A stretch of 64,000 nucleotides of DNA from an uncultured Candidatus Binatia bacterium (GCA_965218425.1 OZ244621.1:2656001-2720000), one strand, 5' to 3'; counted from the stretch's first letter, positions 37,588-48,054 are shown. Notes: generated by a model from the letters alone, not told the origin. A program made the numbers and translations.

Positions 37588-38031
37588 TTAGTTTATCCCT
37601 CCTGTCTTGTTGCGAACCTGTGCCTCTTGTATAGCCTTCCGAAAGTTCAAAGGTCCAGAGATAACAGGAAGCTCGATATCGCCTGCGCCTGTCCCGTAGC
37701 AAACTAGCTTACCGTAACCCAGAATGCGACCGATCACTCCCTGCTTTACGTTGATTTCTTCGATTCGATTGAGACTCATCTCTTCTGTCTTTCTCGCGAT
37801 CCAGCCTTTCTTGTAGACGAGACGACGATTGGTAACGACGACCTCTGTCGTCCATCGATTGACGAGCATCACGAGTCCGAAAAAGCTAAGAACGTAGGGT
37901 AATATGAACAGGAAACCTCCAACAATTCCTCCCACGAAAAGGACAATAGCCGAGTAGTTGTAAAGCCAGTGGAATTTCGCCCAGCTGATAATTCTTTCTC
38001 CGGAAACCATTGTCTTAGTTACGTACGACAA
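37588..38031 (-). CDS. Bacterial PH domain (bPH_2-like) membrane protein
   Basis: Two TM helices, then VVTNRRLVYKKG, IEEINVKQGVIGRILGYG; GGAGG RBS before TTG. Confidence 0.85.
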   Translation of the reverse strand: MSYVTKTMVSGERIISWAKFHWLYNYSAIVLFVGGIVGGFLFILPYVLSFFGLVMLVNRWTTEVVVTNRRLVYKKGWIARKTEEMSLNRIEEINVKQGVIGRILGYGKLVCYGTGAGDIELPVISGPLNFRKAIQEAQVRNKTGGIN

Positions 38032-38298
38032 GAGAACCTCCCTCCCTTTCTAGAGCCGGACCCAGGTGGAATTGCCGGGTCATGAAGCCATCACAACAGA
38101 GGAAGTAAAGTTCCGCTTATTCACCCAAGGCTCCGGGAGCTACCCTTCGCCAGAATCGGGCTCTTGTATTCAACGGATGGCCCGACACACGGACCTCTGT
38201 TGAATGGCTTCGAGACTTAGGATAGGCTTTACATGTCTCTAAAGTCAACGATCCCCGCTAGGGTTAGATTATTTGATGGCTTGACAGGGGAACCTCCA

Positions 38299-38541
38299 AT
38301 GACAGACGAAGAAAGAGACCACTTACTCGGTAGATTTGCTGCTCTTGAGTACGTGGTCTACATCACCGTCCTGAGCTTGGACTCTGAGGTTTATGACAAG
38401 ATTCAACGGGATCTGAACCGTACCAGCAGCTCCTCTGATGTTGCCGCACTTCTCGCAAGTGAAAGCAATAGCTGGAGAGATGGGTTTTTTGCGGTTCTTC
38501 ATAAACTCCGGATCTTTGCTCATCACTTTCCAGATAGCTAA
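38299..38541 (+). CDS. Hypothetical protein (80 aa)
   Basis: ORF MTDEERDHLLGRFAALEY... with AGGGG RBS; no recognised motif. Confidence 0.45.
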   Translation: MTDEERDHLLGRFAALEYVVYITVLSLDSEVYDKIQRDLNRTSSSSDVAALLASESNSWRDGFFAVLHKLRIFAHHFPDS

Positions 38542-38654
38542 AAGCAGTTCTTCGTCTTTCACTTTGATTCTCCCGCGGAGGATAAACAGCCGTTCGGTTA
38601 TTTTTGGCATGTCATGTTAGGCGTATAAAACCCATTTCAAAGGTAAAAATCTAA

Positions 38655-41093
38655 ATGGAAGCATCGTCAGCCTCGCTCCTTTCGGGTCTTCGAGTCCTGG
38701 ATCTCAGCACGGCCATGGGGGCCCTGTGCGGCAGGCTGCTAAGCGACCTGGGAATGGATGTGGTCAAGGTGGAGCCTGCGGGCGGGGATTCCCTGCGCAG
38801 TGAACCTCCCTTTGCAAAAGACCAGCCCCACCGGGAGGGAAGTCTCCCCTTTGCTTACCTGAATGCCGGCAAGCGCGGCATTACCCTGGGTCTCACCCGA
38901 CCTGATGGTCGGAAACGTTTCCTAGATCTCGTGGAGCGGTCCGATGTGATTTTGGAGAGCCATGCGCCCGGTACCTTGGAAGAATGGGATCTCGGTTTTA
39001 GTGTCCTCTCTGAACGTCAGCCGAAGATTATCTTGGCTTCCCTCTCGGGATTCGGACTGAGCGGCCCCTACCGGGACTACCTCTCACCGGACATCGTTAC
39101 CACGGCCATGGGCGGGTTACTTTACATCAGCGGTGACCCGGGCCTTGCGCCCTGCATGCCTCCCGGCGCTCAGTCCTACAACTATGCCAGTCTATGCGCG
39201 GCCTACGGTGTGATGCTCGCCCTTTGGCAGCGGGAAAAAAGCGGTATTGGAATACACGTGGATACTTCGGCACAGGCAAGCATGGCTCTCCACGAGCATG
39301 TGGCCTTTACTTACTCTGCGGAAGGAAGGCTCATGAAACGGGCCGGAAGCCAACATCAGCATGCTGCACCAGCCAACCTCTTTCCTTGCCGGGACGGTTA
39401 TATCTCCCTATTTGTAACCCAGCGTCACTGGCCCCTGTTTCTCGAGATCTGGGAGAATCACCCTCGGGAACTCGATGACCCGAGCTTGAATAGCAACGCG
39501 GCAAGACACGCTCGGGCCGGTTGGTTGAACTCCCTGGTAGCTACTTTTACGTCGAAGTATAACAAGGACGAGCTCGCTCACATCATGCAGAAGCGAGGGC
39601 TTCCTGCTTTGCCGGTAAACAGTCCCGGGGATTTCCTGGGTGATCGCCACATCCGGGAACGTGGGTTCTTTGGGCAGGTGACTCATCCCGTGCTCGGATC
39701 CTTTCAACAGCTGGGAGCCCCGTTCATGGTGGAGGGAGAGCGCCTCGCGCCATCCGTGGCGCCGCTATTAGGCCAGCACAATTCAGAGATCCTTGATGGC
39801 ACGCTGGGATCGGGTGAAAAAGCGCCAAGGGATTTGGCGGGGCAGGGGAGGAACCAACGGGACAGACCCACGGCCTCCGTGCCAAGCACAAACAAGATCC
39901 TTCAGGGGATCCGAGTACTTGCCTTGACCAACGGATACGCCGGTCCCTACGCAGGGCGATTTCTCGCCCAGTATGGGGCTGAGGTGATCAAGGTGGAATC
40001 CATGAAGGGCGGCCTCGATGCGTTTCGGCATTACGGTCAGTCTCCAAACATAGATGCCGCCCCTCGATTCATCGAGTGCAACCTGGGGGTGCGTTCCATT
40101 ACAGTTAACCTGAAGCATCCGGTGGGGGCGCGACTCCTGAAGGAGTTGGCGGGTCATTGTGATGCGGTGTTAGTCAATTTTCGACCGGGGGTTCTTGGAC
40201 GTCTCGGCCTCGGCGACGAGGAAATTCGAAAGGCAAATCCGAAGATTATTATTCTCAAGTTACCTGGTCTCGGTGAGACGGGACCCAAGAGCTGGTACGG
40301 CACCTGGGGATTTAACCTTACCGCCTTTTGCGGGATGACCTACCTTTGGAATCACCCCGGACAGCCCCGTCCCATTGGTAGCCAGGGTGTTTATCCGGAC
40401 CATGTGGGGTTCGTCCTGGCTCCCACAGTGCTGGTGGCAGCGCTGCTCCATCGAAGGCTCATGGAGCGAGGCGTGTCCATTGATCTGGCGCAGGCTGAAT
40501 CCACCGCGTATACCATGGGGGTGAGCTATCTGGAGGCCGGGATCAATGGCAGAGAGCCGGAGCCCCGGGGCAATCGGGACCCCGTTGCGGCTCCTCAAGG
40601 CTGCTACCGTTGCCAGGGAGAAGACCGATGGTGCGTGGTTTCAGTCCGGTCGGATGAGCAGTGGAGCAAGTTCTGCCATGTCCTGGATCGGGACGACCTG
40701 GTTGGAGATCCACGGTTTGCCAACATTTCATCCCGGTCTTTAAGTGCAGTGGAGCTTGATAAGATCATAGAGGAATGGACCCGGGCGCAGTCGGCAGAAG
40801 AGGTGATGAAAAAGCTCCAGGCAGAGGGAGTGCCGGCAGGCGTAGTGCAGAGCGCAGCGGATCTGTTAAAGGACCCGCAGCTCCGCGGCCGGAATTACTT
40901 TGAGGGATTTAGGGATTCACCCATCGGACCCTTCGAGCTTCCACGTAGCCCGTTGGAGTTCCGCGGTATGAGTAATGAACCGCTGGCCCTGCCCTCTCCT
41001 CTGGGTACGGATACCGGTCCGATTATGCGTGACCTGCTCGGATACGACGATGCGACCATAAATCAATGGCGTGACGACGGTGTTCTAACCTAG
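38655..41093 (+). CDS. Class III CoA transferase (CaiB/BaiF), tandem two-domain fusion
   Basis: Two repeats of L.G.RVL...G...L...GA/MDV.KVE; LNAGKRG and NLGVRS; AP..G.Y.C. Confidence 0.92.
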   Translation: MEASSASLLSGLRVLDLSTAMGALCGRLLSDLGMDVVKVEPAGGDSLRSEPPFAKDQPHREGSLPFAYLNAGKRGITLGLTRPDGRKRFLDLVERSDVILESHAPGTLEEWDLGFSVLSERQPKIILASLSGFGLSGPYRDYLSPDIVTTAMGGLLYISGDPGLAPCMPPGAQSYNYASLCAAYGVMLALWQREKSGIGIHVDTSAQASMALHEHVAFTYSAEGRLMKRAGSQHQHAAPANLFPCRDGYISLFVTQRHWPLFLEIWENHPRELDDPSLNSNAARHARAGWLNSLVATFTSKYNKDELAHIMQKRGLPALPVNSPGDFLGDRHIRERGFFGQVTHPVLGSFQQLGAPFMVEGERLAPSVAPLLGQHNSEILDGTLGSGEKAPRDLAGQGRNQRDRPTASVPSTNKILQGIRVLALTNGYAGPYAGRFLAQYGAEVIKVESMKGGLDAFRHYGQSPNIDAAPRFIECNLGVRSITVNLKHPVGARLLKELAGHCDAVLVNFRPGVLGRLGLGDEEIRKANPKIIILKLPGLGETGPKSWYGTWGFNLTAFCGMTYLWNHPGQPRPIGSQGVYPDHVGFVLAPTVLVAALLHRRLMERGVSIDLAQAESTAYTMGVSYLEAGINGREPEPRGNRDPVAAPQGCYRCQGEDRWCVVSVRSDEQWSKFCHVLDRDDLVGDPRFANISSRSLSAVELDKIIEEWTRAQSAEEVMKKLQAEGVPAGVVQSAADLLKDPQLRGRNYFEGFRDSPIGPFELPRSPLEFRGMSNEPLALPSPLGTDTGPIMRDLLGYDDATINQWRDDGVLT

Positions 41094-41154
41094 CCCACCA
41101 AAAGTCACGTAACTGGCCAAAGTATCCAGCGGGCTACGGAACACGCAATTTTTA

Positions 41155-42291
41155 CTATTTCCCCTTGGTTGCAATCAGCCTTTTGACGAATTTCTGCGAC
41201 GCCTCCATCTTGGGCAGGAAGCCGGGGTCTTTTTCTAGAAAAATATACGGGAACCCTTTCTTCCTCAGATTGTGTGGAAGCACTTTGTCTTTGGGAATGT
41301 CGATACGCAGGGAGTTGGCTCCGTCCACTCTTTGCGCAAATTCCTGTCCCTCCCGGCTGAGCCACCAGTTGATGAATAGCTTCTGGGCATTAGGGTTCGG
41401 CGGGCTGTCCATAGCAAAGACGGCGCTCCCGCCAACGGCGATTCGCGATCCCTCTGAGAGGGCGTGGGGGAAGCGTTCGTCCACAGGTAGGCCTTGCCTC
41501 CTTGCGTTGCGAACCTCTGTCCTGCAGGCGAACATGCAGATGCTGTATTTCCCCAATGCAAGCCACTCCGCCGCCTGCCGGGCATTACTTGAGATGGTCA
41601 CATTCATCTCCGTCAGCAGGCTGCGTAAAAAAGGCTTCCCCAGATTGGGGTGCATGTAGTAGAAGGCCGTGCTCTGAAGGGTCCCGGCGGAACTGGGATC
41701 ACGCATGACGATCTTTCCCTTCCACTTGGACTTGAGCAGGTCGCTGTAGGACTGGATCTCTTTGGGGTCCACAAGGTTCGTGTTGTAGGTGATCTCTGCC
41801 GTCGAAGCGTTTCCGCCCCAGGCCACGATGTATGCACGGTCCTTTTCATCCAGGTAGGTGAGCCCACCCTCGTACCAAGCGGAATCATCCAGTGCCTCCG
41901 GGTGTATGAGCAGCGGTTTCAGGGGAGCAAGAGCCCTGGCGGGCATTAGCCTCGCTTGAGAAGTGCGGGCGCCGCCCATCCAGAGGTCTATGGTGAACCT
42001 TCCGGCCCGACGTTCTGCCAGAACCCTGGACGCTTGCTGACCCGAGGAGCCGGTGGAATTGATCCACTTGATGCCAAACTTCTTTTCGAACTCGGGGATC
42101 ATCTTGCCCACGGCTCGGCCGGTTCCGCAGCAGATGAACGTAACAACTTGCCCTTCCGCCTGTGCGGCCTTGATGAGTGCATTCCATTCTTTCTTGAAGT
42201 CGTCTGCCTTAGCGGGTGTGACTGTTCCAAGAATGATGACTATCGTACCTGTAATTAGCGGGAAAAACGCAAGAGCTTTGGTCAGCTTCAT
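41155..42291 (-). CDS. ABC transporter substrate-binding protein (Fe3+/polyamine-like fold)
   Basis: Signal peptide; AAQAEGQV, RVLAERRAG, YNTNLV, DLLKSKWKGKI, PNPNAQKLFINWWLSREGQ. Confidence 0.88.
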   Translation of the reverse strand: MKLTKALAFFPLITGTIVIILGTVTPAKADDFKKEWNALIKAAQAEGQVVTFICCGTGRAVGKMIPEFEKKFGIKWINSTGSSGQQASRVLAERRAGRFTIDLWMGGARTSQARLMPARALAPLKPLLIHPEALDDSAWYEGGLTYLDEKDRAYIVAWGGNASTAEITYNTNLVDPKEIQSYSDLLKSKWKGKIVMRDPSSAGTLQSTAFYYMHPNLGKPFLRSLLTEMNVTISSNARQAAEWLALGKYSICMFACRTEVRNARRQGLPVDERFPHALSEGSRIAVGGSAVFAMDSPPNPNAQKLFINWWLSREGQEFAQRVDGANSLRIDIPKDKVLPHNLRKKGFPYIFLEKDPGFLPKMEASQKFVKRLIATKGK

Positions 42292-42854
42292 AATTGTTTC
42301 CCTCCGTATTTAATTTAAAGGTCCGAACCGTATCCCCTTCTTTCGACGGGGCATGACGTTACCAGTCCAGTATGATTCAGTCAAGGCGCTGGACCTGTTC
42401 CATATCAACCACGATTTTCATCATTTTTCAGAGGCCCTTCAGGATGACCGCCGGCGAGCGGGCCGTCCTGTGATTCTTGCTCCTAGGATTAAGGTTATTC
42501 CAAGTATTTATGTCTGCAACCTTTTTTCTGTTTTCTAATGGAGTTTAGGTCTCGCGAAGAATGTCGGATCGGAGTTGACAGACCCCATTCCCTATGCTGA
42601 TATAGGGTCACTTGAAGCTAAGAAATTGATCCCTATTCCCTTGTTGGTTGAGGCAGTTTTGGGAGCATTCTCAGACAAAATGGAGGGAAAAAGTATCATT
42701 AAAGGGGGAATCAAGGGATTAAAAATCGGCCAGGTGCCCTACTCATTCGTGGTGGGTGTGTGCTGGCCTTTTCTTTTGCGACAATGACGGTTGTTTTGAA
42801 ACTGGGTAGGGTTGATATTTTGAGTAGATCCATCATGGAGGAGGAGACAAGACG

Positions 42855-44081
42855 ATGCCCATAACCAAAGAGATGAACGATTTTCTGACCAAGGTGGGTC
42901 CAGGCGAACCTGCAGGTGAGCTCTTGCGCCGTTACTGGCATCCTGTTGCCGTGGCTAAAGAACTGACCGAGGAGAATCCCACAAAGTTTGTCCGCATCCT
43001 CGGGGAAAACCTGGTGCTGTTTCGCGACATGAAAGGTCGGGTGGGTCTCCTGGAGGACCGTTGCGCGCATCGCGGTGCCTCTTTGGTTTACGGAAGGGTT
43101 GAGGAGCGGGGGATTGCCTGCGCCTATCATGGATGGCTCTATGACACGCAGGGGAATTGTTTGGAAACCCCACCGGAGCCTGCCGAGAGCAAGTTCAGAC
43201 TGACCATCAAGCAAAAGGCCTATCCGGTGCAAAAACTCGTGGGTCTCTATTGGGCATACATGGGTCCGGAGCCCGCCCCCCAGATCCCGAAGTACGATAC
43301 ATTGTTCCGTACGGACGGCCACCGCAAGATCGTGGTTCATCCCCAGTTGGACTGCAATTGGTTTCAGGCCATGGAGAACTCTGCGGATCCATCCCATCTG
43401 CAGGTCCTTCATCAGGAATTTGCCGGCAGGAAAGGGAGAAAACCGGAGAGCACGACCCGGGGATTTACCGATGACGTTGATAATTTCGAGTTCTACACGG
43501 TCCCCTACGGCATCATCAAAAAACGGCTCTACAAAAACGGCATGCTGGATGAACATCCCGTAATCTTCCCCAATATCCTCAGACAGGGGCCGAGCACCCA
43601 GATCCGCGTGCCCATCGATGACGAGCATACCATGCATATCCACGTTATGTTTACGCTCGCTGGAAACGGAGCTCCCTCACAGGACCCGCAAGACCTGCCG
43701 GTGGAGTACAAACCACCATACAAGGAGCCGGCCCACCAGATCCATCCTTTTACCAGGTACACCCTGCAGCATGTGATCCCTCAGGACCATATGGCATGGG
43801 AAACCCAGGGGCCGGTTGCTGACCGAACCAGGGAACGCCTGGCCACCGCGGATAAGGGGATCGTGATGCTGAGGGAGATGTTGAAGGAAAACATCGAAAG
43901 GGTGCAAGCAGGGCTTGACCCCATACATGGATATTCCCGTGATCCTAATCAACCCATTATCGATACCAACATCGATAGCGGACTGGAGCAGACGAGGGCC
44001 GACCGGGCTCCGGAGGTGAAGAAGGGTGGAATTCGAGAAATCGCTCCACTCGGCAGTACCTCGGCCGACCAAGCTAAATAG
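42855..44081 (+). CDS. Rieske non-heme iron oxygenase, phthalate 4,5-dioxygenase-like alpha subunit
   Basis: CAHRG and CAYHGW Rieske ligands; ENSADPSHLQVLH and QD iron-site motifs; VGPGEPAGELLRRYW. Confidence 0.92.
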   Translation: MPITKEMNDFLTKVGPGEPAGELLRRYWHPVAVAKELTEENPTKFVRILGENLVLFRDMKGRVGLLEDRCAHRGASLVYGRVEERGIACAYHGWLYDTQGNCLETPPEPAESKFRLTIKQKAYPVQKLVGLYWAYMGPEPAPQIPKYDTLFRTDGHRKIVVHPQLDCNWFQAMENSADPSHLQVLHQEFAGRKGRKPESTTRGFTDDVDNFEFYTVPYGIIKKRLYKNGMLDEHPVIFPNILRQGPSTQIRVPIDDEHTMHIHVMFTLAGNGAPSQDPQDLPVEYKPPYKEPAHQIHPFTRYTLQHVIPQDHMAWETQGPVADRTRERLATADKGIVMLREMLKENIERVQAGLDPIHGYSRDPNQPIIDTNIDSGLEQTRADRAPEVKKGGIREIAPLGSTSADQAK

Positions 44082-44102
44082 AGTCTCATAAGGAGAAACA
44101 AA

Positions 44103-45248
44103 ATGAAGCTGCGTAGTCAACTTAATCTCCGGGCAATGCTTGCGGCCATGGTTGTCCTTTTGGCCTTGCCTGCAGCGGGGTTCGCTCTGAGTGGTTCGTT
44201 CGACCAACAGTGGGCGGAACTCCTCAAGAAGGCCCAGCAAGAGGGAAAGGTAGTTGCCTTTATTTGCTGTGGTGTCGGGCGTGGGGTCGGGAAATACATT
44301 GGGGAGTTTGAAAAGAAGTACAAGATCAAGGTTGTGTTTTCCACCGGCTCATCCCGGCAGCAGTCGGACCGCGTTCTAGCCGAGCGCAGGGCCGGTCGGT
44401 ATTCCCTTGACGTCTGGATGGGGGGTATCACATCGGTGAACACGCGCCTACTCCCTGCAGGGGTTGTAGAACCCCTCAAACCACTCCTGATCCACCCTGA
44501 GGTTCTCGACAAGAAGGCATGGTACAAGAGCGAGGGTCCGGTCCTTATGGACCCGGAGGCAAATTATGTTGTGGCCTTCCGTGGTAACGGCGGTTTCACG
44601 TCGGAAATCACCTACAACACGGACAAGCTCAACCCGGACGAAATTAAATCCTTCTGGGATCTATTGAAGCCTAAGTACAGGGGGAAAATCGTAGGTCGCG
44701 ATCCCAGTACGGCAGGTGTGGGACAGAGCACCGCGTACTACTACATGCATCCAAAGCTAGGTCCCAAGTTCCTCCACAGGCTGTTGACCGAAACGGATAT
44801 TACCATTGTGAAAAACGCCCGGCAGGCAGCGGAATGGTTGGCTCTGGGTAAATACTCCATGTGTCTGTTTGCCTGCGGACGGGAGGTGAGGAGTCTGATG
44901 AGGCAGGGGATGCCGGTGCGCGATGAAATTCGAAAACTGCTCAAAGAATCTCCGCGAATCAGCGTCGGAGGCGGGGCCATCTGGTCCATGAAGAATGCGC
45001 CGCATCCTAACGCCCGCACGTTTTTCCTCAACTGGTGGCTAACCCGGGACGGCCAGACCCTGATGCAAAAGGCCGATGGCGATGACTCCCTACGTGTGGA
45101 CATCACTAAAAAGGGGGTGAATAAAGCAGCCAGACGGCAAAAGGGCGTTGAATATTGGTTCCCTGACAGTGACCCCGAGTTCCAGAAAAAGCTGGGTGAG
45201 TCCATGGCCTTCGCGCGCAAGGCCCTGGTCTCGGTGGGCAAGAAATAG
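44103..45248 (+). CDS. ABC transporter substrate-binding protein, paralog of 41155-42291
   Basis: Shared FICCG, STGSS, NARQAAEWLALGKYS, FAC and PHPNA motifs. Confidence 0.88.
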   Translation: MKLRSQLNLRAMLAAMVVLLALPAAGFALSGSFDQQWAELLKKAQQEGKVVAFICCGVGRGVGKYIGEFEKKYKIKVVFSTGSSRQQSDRVLAERRAGRYSLDVWMGGITSVNTRLLPAGVVEPLKPLLIHPEVLDKKAWYKSEGPVLMDPEANYVVAFRGNGGFTSEITYNTDKLNPDEIKSFWDLLKPKYRGKIVGRDPSTAGVGQSTAYYYMHPKLGPKFLHRLLTETDITIVKNARQAAEWLALGKYSMCLFACGREVRSLMRQGMPVRDEIRKLLKESPRISVGGGAIWSMKNAPHPNARTFFLNWWLTRDGQTLMQKADGDDSLRVDITKKGVNKAARRQKGVEYWFPDSDPEFQKKLGESMAFARKALVSVGKK

Positions 45249-45274
45249 GGATAAACGAAAGGGCGTAGTAGCCT

Positions 45275-47023
45275 ATGAATCGAATCGCCGGGACCGGTAC
45301 AGCCGCATCTCCCTGGAGTGCCATCCGCCGTCCAAGCACGGGCACATTTGTGATGGCAGCGCTGATTCTGACCTTCGGGTTCTACATCCTCTATCCGGTG
45401 GTGCTCATCTTTGTAAACAGCTTCAATATCGCCAGTATCGTAGATCCCTACAAATTCAGCTTTCAGAACTGGCAGATGGCCTTCTCCCAGCCAGGGATCA
45501 TGAAGTCCATCGGCAACACCTTCCTGGTTTACGTTGCCTATACATCTATCAGCTTCCCTTTGGCCGTGGTTATTTCCTGGATCCTGGCCCGCACTCGAAT
45601 CCCCTTCAGCCATGGCCTGGAATTTATGTTCTGGGTCTCCTTCATGCTGCCGTCACTCTCGACAACCGTCGGGTGGACCTTTCTCTTGGACCCGGATATT
45701 GGCTTTATCAATCAGGCGGTGAAGTGGTTTCCCTTTGTGGAAGAGGGCCCGTTCAATATCTATAGCGTCCAGGGAATTATTGGCGCCCACCTGTTCGGCA
45801 ACGCCATCTCCCAGAAGGTGATGCTGCTCACACCTGCCTTCCGCAACATGGACCTGTCTTTGGAGGAGGCGAGCATCGTGTCCGGGGCATCGAATTTGGG
45901 CACAATGATGCGGGTTACCCTGCCCGTGATGATTCCGCCCATGGTGGTTGTCTTCATGTTGAACGTGGTGCGCATCTTCCAAAGTTTTGAGACCGAAAGA
46001 ATTCTGGGCACACCCATTGGGTTTTTCGTGTACTCCACCAAGATCTTTCAGCAGATTCGGGATTTTGATCCACCGGAATATGGGCAGGCAACGGCCCTAG
46101 CCAGTGTCACCCTTATTCTCATCGCCGCCATCATCCCAATCCAACGCTGGCTCCTCCATCGGCGCCAATACACCACCGTGACGTCGGCATACAAACCGGG
46201 GTTGATTCATCTGGGATGGTTTCAACCCATAGCAACCACTTTAGTTATCACCGTGGTTGCCCTGCTCACTTTGGTCCCCGTACTGACCCTCGTTGGAGGG
46301 AGCTTCATGACCCGGGTAGGGTTTTTCCAAGTCAACACCGTATGGACCCTCCACCATTGGCGGGAGGTGCTCCAGGACCGGTTTTTTCTACTCGCTTTAC
46401 AGAACACAATACTCCTAAGCTTGAGCACCGCGTTGATTTCTCCCTTGCTGTTTTCCATTGTTGCTTACGTGCTCGTGCGTACCAAGTGGCATATGCGGGG
46501 CATCTTGGACTCCCTTTTCTGGATGTCCGCATCCATTCCCGGTATCTTGGCCGGCTTGGGCTTGCTCTGGCTGTTCCTGGGGACACCCTTATTGAAGCCC
46601 ATATTCGGCACCATTTGGGCGCTGGTCCTGGTGACGTTACTTCAGGGTAAACTGACCAGTACCCAGCTATTCAAGGGGATATTCCTCCAGATGGGAGAAG
46701 AACTCGAAGAAGCGTCAAGGTTATCCGGAGCTGGTTGGTGGCGGACCTACTTTAGAATTTGGCTTCCCTTGATCATGCCGATGCTGGTCCTGGTGGGGAC
46801 GTTCAACTTCGTATTGGCGGCCCAGGCGACCAGTGGCATTATCCTTTTGGCCAGCCGTGGGACGGTGACGTTGTCAATTCTTGCGCTGGAACTGATGACC
46901 CATGCGGATGGGGCCGAGCTGGAGGCGGCAGGCATCGTCAGCCTTGTGATGATTGCCCTGACTGTGGGAGTCGCCCTGGTGGCCCGAAGGTTCGGACTCC
47001 GTGTGGGTGTCCCGCAGCGGTAG
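45275..47023 (+). CDS. ABC permease, FbpB/ThiP-type (two fused domains)
   Basis: Two EAA loops: MDLSLEEASIVSGA and MGEELEEASRLSGA. Confidence 0.92.
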   Translation: MNRIAGTGTAASPWSAIRRPSTGTFVMAALILTFGFYILYPVVLIFVNSFNIASIVDPYKFSFQNWQMAFSQPGIMKSIGNTFLVYVAYTSISFPLAVVISWILARTRIPFSHGLEFMFWVSFMLPSLSTTVGWTFLLDPDIGFINQAVKWFPFVEEGPFNIYSVQGIIGAHLFGNAISQKVMLLTPAFRNMDLSLEEASIVSGASNLGTMMRVTLPVMIPPMVVVFMLNVVRIFQSFETERILGTPIGFFVYSTKIFQQIRDFDPPEYGQATALASVTLILIAAIIPIQRWLLHRRQYTTVTSAYKPGLIHLGWFQPIATTLVITVVALLTLVPVLTLVGGSFMTRVGFFQVNTVWTLHHWREVLQDRFFLLALQNTILLSLSTALISPLLFSIVAYVLVRTKWHMRGILDSLFWMSASIPGILAGLGLLWLFLGTPLLKPIFGTIWALVLVTLLQGKLTSTQLFKGIFLQMGEELEEASRLSGAGWWRTYFRIWLPLIMPMLVLVGTFNFVLAAQATSGIILLASRGTVTLSILALELMTHADGAELEAAGIVSLVMIALTVGVALVARRFGLRVGVPQR

Positions 47024-47034
47024 AACAGATTCCG

Positions 47035-48054
47035 TCAAAGGTTGTAGAGGGCGCTCGGGTTGTCGTTGAGAATCTTTTCGATGACGCGCGGACTAAACTC
47101 ACCTTTCTGTTGTAGACTTCGTAGCGCGTCGATCTCGGTGGCCGTGTCCGCATGACCGTAATCGGACCCGATAAGGATGCTGTCCTCTCCGGCATACTTT
47201 AGTATATAGGAGAGGTCGTCATCAGTCTGGCACGCCACGTAAAGCCGCATTTCCCGCATAAAGTTGGGACTGAGAGTCCTTTCTTTTCTCTTGAACCGCT
47301 TGACCATGTCGTGGATCGCGTAGGGTATCCACTGGGCGCTCACCTCTATAAAGCCGAACTTGAGTTTGGGAAACCGTTCCATGAGACCATCGGAGACGAT
47401 GGAATGGAAACTTGAGACCACCGGGAGCTTGTTTTTTCCAAACCCGATCTCTTGCTCGAATACATTGACCCAGTCAAAGCTGCCCGTGCCTGCGTGGACG
47501 CAGACGGGCACGTTGAGCCGGCTGGCTTCCTCGTAGAGGGGGTAAAAACAGGAGTCGGTGAGCACCCGGTCCTCGGGTATGGGTCGGGTAAAGAGTGCGC
47601 AGGCACCGTTGTCCTTGGCCCACTTTGCCTCGGCCAGGGCGTTTTCCATATTCAAGAGCGGAACAATAGCCGCCCAGTGCAGCCGTTTTTCCCCCTTTCT
47701 ACAGATGTCGACCATCCAGCGGTTGTAGCTTCTTGCAAGGGCCCGTTCGACCTCGGGTCGGCTGGTGAGGGGCCGGAGAAAGATGGAAGGGTAAAGGACC
47801 TGAACGTCCACTCCCAATTCGTCCATGTGTCTCAGCCTGACCTCGACGTCTTTCATCTCCCGGGAGGGCGCAGGGAATTCTTTGCCAACGTTGCCGCCCC
47901 GACCAAAGACTTTGCCATCGATCACCCAGAACTGCTTTCCCGGGTCGGACGAGGAGGTAACGGTAACAGGCCTAAATTTAGCGTCGGACCCGTCCATAAA
48001 TTCCCAAGTTCGCTCCGTTTCAATGACATGCGCGTCCGCATCGATTGTAGGCAT
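47035..48054 (-). CDS. Amidohydrolase_2 family protein
   Basis: IDADAHV, MDELGVDVQVLYPS, YNRW, VCVH, GSDYGHAD; GGAGGT RBS. Confidence 0.9.
   Translation of the reverse strand: MPTIDADAHVIETERTWEFMDGSDAKFRPVTVTSSSDPGKQFWVIDGKVFGRGGNVGKEFPAPSREMKDVEVRLRHMDELGVDVQVLYPSIFLRPLTSRPEVERALARSYNRWMVDICRKGEKRLHWAAIVPLLNMENALAEAKWAKDNGACALFTRPIPEDRVLTDSCFYPLYEEASRLNVPVCVHAGTGSFDWVNVFEQEIGFGKNKLPVVSSFHSIVSDGLMERFPKLKFGFIEVSAQWIPYAIHDMVKRFKRKERTLSPNFMREMRLYVACQTDDDLSYILKYAGEDSILIGSDYGHADTATEIDALRSLQQKGEFSPRVIEKILNDNPSALYNL

Noticed and set aside
38084..38211. 6S RNA or SRP RNA assignment for the long stem
   Set aside because: Short for 6S and lacks the SRP GGAAG-type loop motif; kept only as an unassigned structure.
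42575..42607. TTGACA promoter with CCCTAT-N6-ATAGGG palindrome upstream of the Rieske gene
   Set aside because: Plausible operator, but single, short and 250 bp from the start; insufficient support.
42711..43643. Long alternative-frame ORFs (42711-43643, 27846-28841, 44741-45613, 58072-58764 and similar)
   Set aside because: Antisense to well-supported genes; expected in GC-rich DNA.
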